DNA of 47,087 nt from Nitrospinaceae bacterium (GCA_046754465.1 JBHHVU010000022.1:1-47087); one strand, 5' to 3'; positions 1 through 9,831 are shown, numbered from the stretch's first letter. The notes: a model not told the origin generated them from the letters alone. Translations and numbers: made by a program.

Positions 1-600
1 GCCAGTCCTAAAAATGCCGGTCAATGGTTGACCGTGAGCACCGCTATATTTCAACAAATCAATCTGGGATATGGGAGAGATGCCGAACTGGCATCGGATG
101 CCCACGGAATGTTGAACGCTACCGATTCGGGGTACGATCCCGATGGGATGGTGGATTTTTTAAAAAATCTCCGGCGGCAGGAGATTATGACTGGACAAGC
201 CTATCACAGTTTCCAGGCCACCCATCCCGATACCAAGGACCGGGTGATCAAGGCCGGGATTCTTGCGTCTTCCTTCAAAAAGCGAACAAAAAACCTGCTG
301 GATAACAAGGCCGTTTATCTGAGCCAACTCAAGGGACTGGTCTATGGAGGAAAAAAGAACGCCGGTGATTTAAAACAATATAAATCGCAGTATATCGATG
401 TTTACAAAGTTCAGCCCGGTGACACGTTTCAAAGTATCGCCGCCAAGGAACTCAACGATGAACGGCGCGATCTTGAAATTTCCGTGCTGAATGGAAGAAA
501 AGAAAGCAGCACCCCGGTCAGCGGGGAATTGATCAAACTGGTAAGGGACGGTAAATATAAAAAAGACAAGACCTTGCAATTAAGGCAGGATTTGCCTTGA
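1..600 (+). CDS. M48-family metallopeptidase C-terminal part with LysM-like domain (5'-truncated by window edge)
   Basis: Frame open from base 1; GYGRDAELASD..GYDP and THP..DR motifs typical of the M48/BepA C-terminal half; YKVQPGDTFQSIA...LN LysM-like motif. Confidence 0.8.
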   Translation, partial: ASPKNAGQWLTVSTAIFQQINLGYGRDAELASDAHGMLNATDSGYDPDGMVDFLKNLRRQEIMTGQAYHSFQATHPDTKDRVIKAGILASSFKKRTKNLLDNKAVYLSQLKGLVYGGKKNAGDLKQYKSQYIDVYKVQPGDTFQSIAAKELNDERRDLEISVLNGRKESSTPVSGELIKLVRDGKYKKDKTLQLRQDLP

Positions 601-607
601 CATTTTA

Positions 608-808
608 ATGGGAAAAGTTATTACATTAGCAAAAACCCACACCGTTCACCTCAAGCAGGGAGGCGAGATATGCAACCGGCTCACGCGGGGAACGCGGGTC
701 CACCCAGTCGAACACCGGGGACAGTGGACCAAGGTGATCTGGAGGAACGGGAAAAAAAAGGGTTGGATTCGTAATCCCCTGGCCTCGCTGGAAAATTCAA
801 GGGATTGA
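608..808 (+). CDS. small SH3-like domain protein
   Basis: 66 aa directly after the M48 gene; L.RGTRV......GQWTKV......KKGWI resembles bacterial SH3b. Confidence 0.55.
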   Translation: MGKVITLAKTHTVHLKQGGEICNRLTRGTRVHPVEHRGQWTKVIWRNGKKKGWIRNPLASLENSRD

Positions 809-896
809 AAGTTTCATGGGTTCCACGATCATTGATGCCGGGTTCGAAAGAGAAGTGTTTACAGGTTATGTTTAACTCTTTTGTTGATGGTCGACC

Positions 897-1088
897 ATGG
901 GCATTCAAAGCCTGGAAGATCTGGATGACGAAGAATTGCTGAGCTTGTTCGATTCCACGAAGAAGCTTTTGCAAACGGGCCTGGAGAAAGCGGATTCGCC
1001 GATTTCCCAGAAAAGTCATGCGATTCAGCAAAAGCTTGCATCGATAGAGCAGGAATTGAAGTTTAGATGCCTCTGGGAAAGCGAATAA
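897..1088 (+). CDS. hypothetical small helical protein
   Basis: 63 aa, ATG start, protein-like amphipathic composition, followed by a hairpin at 1097-1144. Confidence 0.55.
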   Translation: MGIQSLEDLDDEELLSLFDSTKKLLQTGLEKADSPISQKSHAIQQKLASIEQELKFRCLWESE

Positions 1089-1386
1089 CCGAGCTTGGTC
1101 CCTCCTGAAACTGGGGGAGAATTTCGTCCCCAAAGGAGGTGATCGCCTTTTCTTACTGCTTGGCGCGCCTATTCCTCCCAATATTTGGGTCCTGTTTATT
1201 TGCCTGCGCCCACTCCGTCCTGCATCCCATTCCTTTTTCGATATAAAAACAATCCAAAATTCTCCTGCTCCAACCCGTGGCTTTATATTTCCAGGGAATC
1301 CATGGGAGGATGGGAAGCGTTCTCCCCTTTCCGCAAAAAAAAAACCCGAGTCCTTGAGGGACCCGGGGTGATATTCAGAGGGAAAT

Positions 1387-3645
1387 TTATTTCGCTTGCT
1401 GGCCAACGAAATTGAGTGCCGAACCCGCGTAGAACCATTGGATCTCTTTTTCATTGAGGGTATGGTTCAGGGAGATTTTTTCCTCGGACCCATCATCATG
1501 TTTCAGAGTCATGGTCACCTGGTGACCAGGAGCCAGTTTATCCAAATTCTCAAAAGTGACGAGGTCTTTTTCCTGGACTTTGCCGTAGTCATCCTTGTTA
1601 ACGAAAGTAAAGGGCAGGATTCCCTGTTTTTTGAGGTTGGCCTCGAAGATCCGTGCGTAGGAGTTGGCCACGAAAGCGCGGCAACCCATGTGCCGGGGTT
1701 CCATGGCGGCGTGTTCCCGGCTGGATCCTTCTCCCAGGTTATCCTCCCCAAAGACCACCCATCCCATGCCTTTTTCCTTCAGATTGCGGGCGATTTTATT
1801 GAGTTCGATATCCTGATCGCCGTTGAGCGGGTTGTTACCAGTTCCCGTGTTGCCGGTGAAGGCGTTGGTGGCCCCCAAAAACAGGTTGTTGCTGATATTA
1901 TCCAAATGCCCGCGGTATTTTAGCCAGGGCCCGGCCTGGGAAATGTGATCGGTCGTGCATTTTCCCTTGGCCTTGAACAGGACCGCGAGGTTTTTGTAAT
2001 CCCCCACCGGGTTGGGCTGGGGAAACGGTTCGAGAAGGGCGAGACGTTCGCTTTTGGGGTTAATGACCACTTCGCCAGAGAAGGTGGGGGCCTCGTACCC
2101 GTCATCCTTGGAAACGTACCCATTGGCGGGCAACACTTCACCCTGGGGAGGAGCGAATTTGAAATCCTTTCCCTCCTTGTCTTTCAAGGTGTCGGTCAGA
2201 GGATTGAATTTCATCGATCCGGCAAAGGCCATGGCCACGACCAGTTCCGGACTGCTGATAAAGCCAAGGGTTTCCGGGTTGCCGTCGTTGCGTTTGGCGA
2301 AGTTCCGGTTGTAGGATGTGAGGATGCTGTTCTTGTCGCCTTTCTTGATATCATCGCGTTTCCATTGACCGATACATGGGCCGCAGGCGTTGGCAAGCAC
2401 CGTTCCGCCGACTTCCTGGAAACTTTGGAGGATTCCGTCCCGTTTGATGGTTTCGAAAATTTGCTCCGATCCCGGGGTCACCATGAAATGGGTTTTGACC
2501 TTGAGCCCGGCTTGCCGGGCCTGGCGGACAAGGCTGTTGGCCCGGGTCAGGTCTTCATAACTGGAATTGGTGCACGAGCCGATCAGCGCGGCGGAGATCT
2601 TTTCCGGATAGCCCTTTTCATCGACCTCCCCGGCCAATGCGGAAATGGGACGGCCCAAGTCCGGGGTATGCGGCCCCACAACATGCGGTTCCAGGGTGGA
2701 CAGATCGATCTCATGGTACTCGTCGTAATATTTTAGCGGATCGGATTCGGTTTCCGGATCAGACTGGAGGAATTCCGCGTATTGCTTGCAAAGGTCGGCG
2801 ACCGGGCTCCGGCCGGTGGCCCTGAGATAGGGATCCATATTTTCGTCGTATCCGAAAATAGAAGTGGTTGCGCCGATTTCGGCTCCCATATTGGTGATGG
2901 TTCCCTTGCTGGTTGCGCTCATGGACCGGGCTCCCTCGCCGAAATATTCGACGATTTTGCCCGTTCCCCCCTTCACCGTGAGCATGGTCGCGACCTTCAG
3001 GATAACGTCCTTGGAAGCAGTCCAACCGTTCAGCCGTCCCGTGAGCTTGATGCCCACGAGCTTTGGCATTTTGGTCATGAACGCCTGTCCGGTCATGACA
3101 TCGACCGCATCGGCTCCGCCTACCCCGATGGCGATGGTCCCCAGTCCCCCGGCATTGGGAGTGTGGGAATCGGTGCCGATCATCATCGTGCCCGGAACAG
3201 CGTAATTCTCATACACGACTTGGTGAATGATGCCCGATCCGGGTCTCCAGAATCCCATGCCATATTTCATCGCCGCCGAGCGAAGAAATTCGTAAACCTC
3301 CTTGTTGGTTTCTTCCGCCGCCTTGAGGTCGGCCGCGGAGCCTGTATAGGCTTGAATCAGGTGATCACAGTGAACCGTGGTGGGAACCGCCACTCGTGGC
3401 ATTTTAGCCGACATGAATTGAAGGATGGCCATTTGCGCCGTGGCGTCCTGCATGGCTACCCGGTCTGGTTTGAGAAATATATTTGACTCGCCCCGCTCCA
3501 GTTTGGAAAAATCCGTGGGGTCCATATGGGAAAACAAAATCTTTTCCACCAGGGTGAGCCCCCGGCCCAACTGTTGCCGGGCCTCTTCATGGATTGTTTT
3601 TAAGGATTGAAATAATTTTTCAATGGGTCCCATTTCCAATAACAT
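1387..3645 (-). CDS. acnA: aconitate hydratase, mitochondrial-type
   Basis: PDRVAMQDATAQMA, HCDHLI, GTDSHTPN, IGSCTNSSYED, NACGPCIGQW, KCTTDHIS and GEGSSREHAA motifs; start could be ATG 3633. Confidence 0.95.
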   Translation of the reverse strand: MLLEMGPIEKLFQSLKTIHEEARQQLGRGLTLVEKILFSHMDPTDFSKLERGESNIFLKPDRVAMQDATAQMAILQFMSAKMPRVAVPTTVHCDHLIQAYTGSAADLKAAEETNKEVYEFLRSAAMKYGMGFWRPGSGIIHQVVYENYAVPGTMMIGTDSHTPNAGGLGTIAIGVGGADAVDVMTGQAFMTKMPKLVGIKLTGRLNGWTASKDVILKVATMLTVKGGTGKIVEYFGEGARSMSATSKGTITNMGAEIGATTSIFGYDENMDPYLRATGRSPVADLCKQYAEFLQSDPETESDPLKYYDEYHEIDLSTLEPHVVGPHTPDLGRPISALAGEVDEKGYPEKISAALIGSCTNSSYEDLTRANSLVRQARQAGLKVKTHFMVTPGSEQIFETIKRDGILQSFQEVGGTVLANACGPCIGQWKRDDIKKGDKNSILTSYNRNFAKRNDGNPETLGFISSPELVVAMAFAGSMKFNPLTDTLKDKEGKDFKFAPPQGEVLPANGYVSKDDGYEAPTFSGEVVINPKSERLALLEPFPQPNPVGDYKNLAVLFKAKGKCTTDHISQAGPWLKYRGHLDNISNNLFLGATNAFTGNTGTGNNPLNGDQDIELNKIARNLKEKGMGWVVFGEDNLGEGSSREHAAMEPRHMGCRAFVANSYARIFEANLKKQGILPFTFVNKDDYGKVQEKDLVTFENLDKLAPGHQVTMTLKHDDGSEEKISLNHTLNEKEIQWFYAGSALNFVGQQAK

Positions 3646-3834
3646 TTGATTTCACCCTAAAATTTATATATTAGAAAAATTCGTTTAAAAAAAATACCTG
3701 TGTGTGTTTGGTATGATCCGGTGGAATGCGATTCATTGTGGGTTGAAGCGCGCATTTTGTCATGAATTTTTCCAAAATTCAATATTTTTCGGAGCCCGGC
3801 CGAGGGCCGGCCAAGGTGAAATAAACGAAAGTAT

Positions 3835-3847
3835 TATCAATCAGTTA
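3835..3847 (+). promoter_or_regulatory. IHF-like binding site
   Basis: TATCAATCAGTTA matches WATCAANNNNTTR in the divergent acnA/hydrolase intergenic region. Confidence 0.4.
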
Positions 3848-3870
3848 GAATCCCATGAACGGAGGTCCGG

Positions 3871-4641
3871 ATGCCGTCCCTGTTCGATTCCAGCGAATTT
3901 AATGAAAATCTTTTTTTCCCGCGTCAAGACCCATCGCCCGTCCCGGGGGATTCGGAGGAAATTTATATTGAAGTGGAACCCAGGGTCCGTATTCACGCCC
4001 GGCGGTACCCGACCGGCCCGGCCCGTTTCAGCCTGCTGTATTTTCATGGCAACGGCGAGATCGTTTCGGACTACAATGAATTGAATCCTTATTTCGCTAT
4101 CTTGGGTGCCGAAATGACGGTCTGCGACTACCGGGGATATGGTAAAAGCGAAGGGACACCTACTTTAAGAAACCTCCTTAAGGATGCCCACACCATTTAC
4201 CGGACCCTGTATGATCAAGGCAAATTGCTGGACCGGGTTTGTCTCATGGGCCGCTCCCTGGGGAGCGCCGCGGCGATTGAATTGTGTTCGGTCCATCGGG
4301 AGATTTCCGGATGTGTGATCGAAAGCGGCTACGCCGACCCGGTTCCCCTGGTGGAACGGCGGGGATTGAAAATGGCTGCTGCCACGCCCGAGGAAGACGC
4401 GTTATTCAATAACAGCTTAAAAATTAAACAGGTGACCTGCCCGGTGCTCATCCTCCACGGGGAAGACGATTTTTTGATTTCCCCCAAGGAGGCCGAACTC
4501 AATTACCGGAAGGCAGGGTCCGCCATAAAATATCTGGAAATTCTGGAAGGGGTAGGGCATAACGATATGATGATGGCACGGGAAAACGGTTATTTCTCCT
4601 CCCTGAAGTATTTTTTCGATACCATTTACCCGCCGGAATGA
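3871..4641 (+). CDS. alpha/beta hydrolase (ABHD17/BEM46-like)
   Basis: YFHGNGE, DYRGYGKS, GRSLG nucleophile elbow, LILHGEDD, GHND. Confidence 0.9.
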   Translation: MPSLFDSSEFNENLFFPRQDPSPVPGDSEEIYIEVEPRVRIHARRYPTGPARFSLLYFHGNGEIVSDYNELNPYFAILGAEMTVCDYRGYGKSEGTPTLRNLLKDAHTIYRTLYDQGKLLDRVCLMGRSLGSAAAIELCSVHREISGCVIESGYADPVPLVERRGLKMAAATPEEDALFNNSLKIKQVTCPVLILHGEDDFLISPKEAELNYRKAGSAIKYLEILEGVGHNDMMMARENGYFSSLKYFFDTIYPPE

Positions 4642-4730
4642 TACGGTTGGATTCTTCCGGTTTCAATTAAATTAGATAAAGATCCCGGTGGTGTTCCGGG
4701 GTATTTTTAAAAGTCTTGCAGGTGGAATGA

Positions 4731-5924
4731 ATGGAAAGAAAATTTTATAACATTGAGGGTATCATTCGCAGTGGATTCAAACTGAGCCGTAATTATGAAA
4801 TTCTGGATTTCAATTTCACCAAATTGGGGGACGCCGGAGTAAAAGCCCTGTCCAGGTCCCGCTCCATTAAACAACTTAAAAGGCTGACCCTCACCGGCAA
4901 CAAACTGGGTCCGGAAGCCACCAGGGCGCTGGGAGCGTCCCAGGCATTACAAAATCTGGAGTCCTTGAAGCTGTATAAAAACCAAATTGGGGATGAGGGG
5001 GTCCGGTACTTGAGTGAATCTGAAAAATTACCTCGTTTGAAGTCATTGCGGCTGGCGTTGAACGGGATAGGACCGGAAGGCGCCCGCTATATCGCCGAAT
5101 CTCCCAATTTCAAGTCGCTGACCTCGTTGAGCCTGGCGGAAAATAAAATCGGGGACGAGGGGGCCCGGCATTTAGCCAATTCGGCCGATCTGGCCAATCT
5201 TGAGATTCTGGACTTGAGAAAAAACGGGATCACCGACCAGGGCGCCCTTTATTTGTCAAAGAGCAAGTTATTCCCGAATTTGCAAAAAATCGATCTTTCC
5301 GACAACCCGTTGACAGAAACCGGACGGGAAGCCTTGTCGGGTTTTCTCATTCTCAAACTCATCCGGCACCGGCTCCAGGATGAAGGGGCGGTGCTTGATC
5401 TCAGCAAGCTCGGCATAGGGGACCTGGAATGCGGAGTCATCGCTGAAGACGGGGACCTGGAGAACCTTGAGAAACTTTACCTGGAATTAAATCGGGTCAC
5501 CCCCGAGGGAATCCGGCGGCTGGCTGAGTCGCCTTATCTCAAAAACCTCAAGCTGCTGTCCCTCGACCGAAACCAAATCAAGGATGAGGGCGTGCGCTAT
5601 ATCGCCGATTCGGAGGTGTTTCAAAATCTCGAAATTCTGATGATCGAATATAACGATGTGACCGATGAAGGATTGCTGGCGATCGCGGAATCGGAAAACA
5701 TGGCCCAGCTCACGCGGCTCTACATCGAGGGCAATCCTTATAGCGATGAAGGGTATTATGCCATTGGCGAATCCGAATTTCTGACCCAGCTGGAGTATCC
5801 CGAGTTCGAGAGAATCGAGGAGGAAGTGGAAGAGGAGGAAGAGGAGGAAGAATTTGAAGAAGTCGAAGAAATCGTGGAGGTGGAGGAAGAAGAGGACCTG
5901 GAGGATTCCGATTACGAAAAATGA
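4731..5924 (+). CDS. leucine-rich repeat protein (RI/GALA-like 28-aa repeats) with Glu-rich tail
   Basis: Repeated LxxLxLxxNxIGDEGAxxLAxS units; C-terminal poly-Glu region. Confidence 0.9.
   Translation: MERKFYNIEGIIRSGFKLSRNYEILDFNFTKLGDAGVKALSRSRSIKQLKRLTLTGNKLGPEATRALGASQALQNLESLKLYKNQIGDEGVRYLSESEKLPRLKSLRLALNGIGPEGARYIAESPNFKSLTSLSLAENKIGDEGARHLANSADLANLEILDLRKNGITDQGALYLSKSKLFPNLQKIDLSDNPLTETGREALSGFLILKLIRHRLQDEGAVLDLSKLGIGDLECGVIAEDGDLENLEKLYLELNRVTPEGIRRLAESPYLKNLKLLSLDRNQIKDEGVRYIADSEVFQNLEILMIEYNDVTDEGLLAIAESENMAQLTRLYIEGNPYSDEGYYAIGESEFLTQLEYPEFERIEEEVEEEEEEEEFEEVEEIVEVEEEEDLEDSDYEK
5815..5905 (+). repeat. low-complexity GAR-codon run encoding an acidic tail
   Basis: gaggaggaagtggaagaggaggaagaggaggaagaa... 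encodes EEEVEEEEEEEEFEEVEE. Confidence 0.7.
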
Positions 5925-6117
5925 GTCCCGGGGGATGGCCTGAACCCTTCCCCCTTCAGGAAAAAATTCCTATTCCCTTTGGCAAGTCTGATTTCCGAGG
6001 GGTTCTTAAAATGCGCCGGCCGTTCTTTAGAACAGTTTTTTCAGTGGCGGAAAACGCCCTTTCCGCGTTGTCAGGTTTTCAATTCTATTTCCGCGCCCCT
6101 CAGGGGAGGGCAGGGGG

Positions 6118-6654
6118 CTACCACGAACTCGTCCAGATATCCCGGGTGCTCCGGGTTGTGAAAATTTGATTGATGCGGTTGGCGAATTCTTCCGAATTGA
6201 AGGATTTATTATACTCGTCCGAAGGACCTCGAAAGGGATTCCAGGAAAGGACCAGCCGCTCGATGAACATTTCGTCCAGTGGAACGTTGGCGATTTTTAC
6301 GATCTCATTGGTTTCCGAATCCACCAGGATCGCCGCCATGTTGTATTCATCCTTTGCATAAAGGGCCTCGCAAAACCCCGGGGACTCTTTTTCCTGCTGG
6401 GTGGGGTTGCAGGGCGTTTCAAGGATCCAGTCCTCGCTGCCCACCGCGAATATGGGGATGGCGGGAAATTCCGATTCGGTACAGAGTTTGGCCCTCCATT
6501 TTCCTCCCCACGCCTCAATTTGGGTTTTTGAGGGACGGGGAAATTTTCCAATCAAAAGCATTTCACCATTGGGAGAGAAGGAAAGGCCGCCGCCTTCTCC
6601 CTGGATATCAACGGGGCAGGGTTGGCCCTCTTCAAATCGTATTGTTTTCTCCAT
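6118..6654 (-). CDS. hypothetical protein
   Basis: Long ORF of globular composition filling the gap between + genes; likely start ATG 6654 (MEKTIRF), track start 6699. Confidence 0.7.
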   Translation of the reverse strand: MEKTIRFEEGQPCPVDIQGEGGGLSFSPNGEMLLIGKFPRPSKTQIEAWGGKWRAKLCTESEFPAIPIFAVGSEDWILETPCNPTQQEKESPGFCEALYAKDEYNMAAILVDSETNEIVKIANVPLDEMFIERLVLSWNPFRGPSDEYNKSFNSEEFANRINQIFTTRSTRDIWTSSW

Positions 6655-6871
6655 GGGGTTTCCGTTTCCGGGAATATTTTTGATTAAAAATGAATCCAAA
6701 TGCTTTATAAATAATTTTATTATTCTCGTTCCCCCAGGTCAAAGTCAACAGAAATCCCTTGTTCCCGGTTGGCGGGAAGGGGGGGTGGGCCTTACCCTGC
6801 GAGGAAACGCCTTGCGATATGTTCCCGGTTCGTTTAATCTACGCATTTTGTTATAAGCCCCGGATGCAACC

Positions 6872-8257
6872 ATGAAAAGCACTTTGATCGGGCATGCCTG
6901 CCTTCTGATCCAATCCAAAGACACGACCCTGTTATCCGATCCGGTTTTTTCCACGTATCATTGGGAAGAGATAAACGTGCACTGTCCGAGTCTCGATCTC
7001 GACCGGGATAAAATTCCCCGCGTCGATATCCTGAACATCTCGCACCGTCATCAGGACCATTTCGATGTGCGTACCCTGGCTTTCCTGGCGAAGAACGATC
7101 ACATTCTCTCTCCTGAAGTCACGGTGCTGGCCCCCCGGGACGAAATTCTTCTCGATGTGCTCAAGGAACTGGAATTCAAAAATATCCGTGTGGTGGAGGA
7201 TTTCGAGCCGATGGAGATAAAGGATTTTGTCCTCACCCCCACGCCGTCCTTGAACCAACAGGATTATTTTCCCGAACACGGCCTGCTCGTTCACGATGGG
7301 GAGGTGACGTTATGGAACCAAGTGGATACCATCGTCAACCCCCAGATTATCCAGCACATCCAGAAACTCTACCGGCGGATCGATTTCGCCCATACCCGGT
7401 ACCTTCCCTTGCTGGAAGGGAATTTCACCTTTCACAAATCCGTGAACCTTCCTTTTGATGAATACAGCTCCTTCCTCAAGGTCGTGAAAATGCTGGGGCC
7501 TAAATTCATTGTTCCAGGATCGGCAGGGTTCCGTTACAAGGACGAGTTCGCTTTCTTGAACCGGTATACCTTTCCAACCACCCAGGAACAGTTTTTAAAG
7601 GATCTGGCGGATTTTTGTCCCGAAGTAAAGAGTAGTACGTTTTTCCCGGGGGATGCTGCGGAAATTTCGCCGGAGGGGGTAACCATCGAGAGGCAAGGAT
7701 CCGATTTTATCCGGACCCGTGAAAATAACGGCCAAATGGTGGAGTTCAAACCGGTGGCGGAGGTCACTCCCATCCAAACGCTCACCCGGGATAAGACAGC
7801 ACGGGAAGAGGAAAAACAGGCGGTCCATGAGTTCGTGGAAAATGAATTTTTCAACCGTCTTCTCCTTCATCCCATGGGGGAAGTATGGAGACACTGGAAA
7901 ATCGTTTACCAACTCGAAGTATTCGGGAATGACGATTCCCGGGTCTGGAGCGTGGATTTTGGCGAACCGGAACCCGCCCTGGTGGATGGGAGTCTGGGAA
8001 AAATCAATGTCTATGAAGGCATCAGTTATTCTGAATTTTATAAGTTCATCCGCAAGGAAACCAACTGGGATTTCGTGGGGGTTGCGGCGCAGTACAGGAC
8101 CTTCCAAAACATTTATCGGGTGGGAAATGGCCAGTTCGAATATTATTCCCACGATAAAAAATTTCCACTGCCGCTGATGGAAATATTCCCTCCCGACCAG
8201 GAAATGGACCGAGAAAAATTCATGAAGGATGTCCGCCGCTGGAAAAATAAAGCCTGA
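6872..8257 (+). CDS. MBL-fold metallo-hydrolase (UlaG/CMP-NeuAc hydroxylase-like) with C-terminal extension
   Basis: IGHACLLI, LSDPVF and SHRHQDHFD (HxHxDH) motifs. Confidence 0.85.
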   Translation: MKSTLIGHACLLIQSKDTTLLSDPVFSTYHWEEINVHCPSLDLDRDKIPRVDILNISHRHQDHFDVRTLAFLAKNDHILSPEVTVLAPRDEILLDVLKELEFKNIRVVEDFEPMEIKDFVLTPTPSLNQQDYFPEHGLLVHDGEVTLWNQVDTIVNPQIIQHIQKLYRRIDFAHTRYLPLLEGNFTFHKSVNLPFDEYSSFLKVVKMLGPKFIVPGSAGFRYKDEFAFLNRYTFPTTQEQFLKDLADFCPEVKSSTFFPGDAAEISPEGVTIERQGSDFIRTRENNGQMVEFKPVAEVTPIQTLTRDKTAREEEKQAVHEFVENEFFNRLLLHPMGEVWRHWKIVYQLEVFGNDDSRVWSVDFGEPEPALVDGSLGKINVYEGISYSEFYKFIRKETNWDFVGVAAQYRTFQNIYRVGNGQFEYYSHDKKFPLPLMEIFPPDQEMDREKFMKDVRRWKNKA

Positions 8258-8304
8258 TTCCGGGTCCAACAAATTTCCCGGCCGGGAAAGCGGATGGTAT
8301 AATA

Positions 8305-8333
8305 TTGACATAAAATAAAGAAACCGGTAGACT
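8305..8333 (+). promoter_or_regulatory. sigma70-type promoter for tRNA-Met
   Basis: TTGACA-17 bp-TAGACT; an extended -10 TGGTATAAT also lies at 8295-8303. Confidence 0.65.
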
Positions 8334-8407
8334 CCTCTATTCGGTCAAATAAATTCAAGGAGTTAGCCTGATTTTTTTTATTTTACCAAACAATCGTTCG
8401 AACTTGA

Positions 8408-8484
8408 GGCGGTGTAGCTCAGCTGGTTAGAGCATACGGCTCATATCCGTAGCGTCCGGGGTTCAAGTCCCTGCACCGCCACCA
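8408..8484 (+). tRNA. tRNA-Met (CAT), probably elongator
   Basis: Acceptor stem GGCGGTG/CACCGCC, D-arm AGCTCAGCTGGTTAGAGC, anticodon arm TACGG-CTCATAT-CCGTA, T-loop GTTCAAGTC, encoded CCA; paired 1-72 argues against an initiator. Confidence 0.95.
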
Positions 8485-8650
8485 GTTTTCATTATATTCA
8501 CGGGGTTGCGTTTTAATAACCTTTTGAATTCAAAGGTTGTACCCATTTTTCAGAAGGTGTGGATTATTTCATGGACAATCCGGAATGTAAATATTAAAAT
8601 TATGATAACTATTTTCATTATTAGGAACTAGAATTACCTTCCCGAGTCGT

Positions 8651-8953
8651 ATGGATATCCCCACTGTCGAAAAGGATGATATCATCTGCCAATGCCATCA
8701 GGTCAGCGAGGCCACCATCCGGTCCTGCATCGTATCCAAAAATCTGTCGCGCATCGAACATGTCACCAAAGCCTGTGAGGCCGGGGGAGGATGCCATTCC
8801 TGCCATATCCTGATCCAATTGTTTATCGATGAGCATTTGGAAAAGAGAACACCCATGGAAACCCTGGTCGCGGGGCACGCCAAAAAGGTCAAAAAACGCG
8901 GAATTTTGAGCCGGTTTTTCCGCAAACTCAAAACGCCCGTCTCGGCATCCTGA
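8651..8953 (+). CDS. BFD-like [2Fe-2S]-binding protein
   Basis: IICQCHQV ... AGGGCHSC motif. Confidence 0.85.
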   Translation: MDIPTVEKDDIICQCHQVSEATIRSCIVSKNLSRIEHVTKACEAGGGCHSCHILIQLFIDEHLEKRTPMETLVAGHAKKVKKRGILSRFFRKLKTPVSAS

Positions 8954-9281
8954 TACCTGTTAACCGGATTTGGGTGGGGGCCGTCCCGAGGGATGCAACT
9001 GGCCCGCCTGATCCATCCTGAAAAAATTTCCTTTCCGCAAACAGCGGCCGCGCCGTATTTTCTTGAATGTCTCCGGTGATTTAACTAAGGTTGAGGGGAC
9101 AGAACTCCGAGGGTCTTCAACATGTCTGCGTTGTAGACGGGAATTTCGATGAGAAATCCCCCTTGAGTAAAATACGGCACCCGATAAGACATTGACCGCC
9201 CCGCGCGGGTTTTCCCGGCCATCCGGGTTTAGCATGGGCGGCGGAAATCTTTTTATTCCTACAGAGGAGGAGCATCGATCC

Positions 9282-9830
9282 ATGAAAAGCGGGAATTGTA
9301 TTTTATTCAGTGGAGGCGTTAAAGGCGCGGAGGCGGCATTTGGCCGGCAGGCGGAGACCGCGGGTGTTCAAGAAGTCAACTTCACTTTCGAAGGTCATAA
9401 AATCGAAAGAAAACGGGGCGTTCGTTTTCTGACCTCGGAAGAACTGATGCGGGGTGACGTCAGCCTGTCCTATCTGTCCAAGATAATGAACCGCACGTAT
9501 AACTCCGGTCCTTTGTTCCGCAAGGTTCTTCAAAGCATCTGGCACCAGATCAACAACGCCGAAGAGATTTTTGTCGTCGGGAAAATATTACCCGATGAAA
9601 CCGTCAAGGGGGGGACGGGCTGGGGGGCCGAATTCGCCAAACTGTGCAACAAACCCCTCAACGTTTTCGATCAGGATCAGGGCGAGTGGTTTCACTGGGA
9701 AAAGGATCATTGGAAAAAAGTCAAATCCCCCCGCATTCGGCGAAAACATTTCGCGGGCACGGGAACCCGGTTCCTGAACGAGAAAGGCAAAAAAGCCATT
9801 CGCGAATTGTTTAAGGAATCTTTCAAGTAA
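9282..9830 (+). CDS. hypothetical protein, probable SLOG-superfamily nucleotide-binding fold
   Basis: RBS GAGGAGG upstream of ATG 9282; SGGVKGAEAAFG and GGTGW motifs. Confidence 0.7.
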   Translation: MKSGNCILFSGGVKGAEAAFGRQAETAGVQEVNFTFEGHKIERKRGVRFLTSEELMRGDVSLSYLSKIMNRTYNSGPLFRKVLQSIWHQINNAEEIFVVGKILPDETVKGGTGWGAEFAKLCNKPLNVFDQDQGEWFHWEKDHWKKVKSPRIRRKHFAGTGTRFLNEKGKKAIRELFKESFK

Positions 9831-9831
9831 T

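Noticed and set aside
681..1454. 257-aa minus-strand ORF
   Set aside because: Overlaps the aconitase end and two more plausible plus-strand genes; composition is not protein-like.
8518..8538. Palindrome AACCTTTTGAATTCAAAGGTT after tRNA-Met as a possible attachment-site remnant
   Set aside because: No integrase and no duplicated tRNA 3' end seen in the window; more simply a terminator or IHF-like site.
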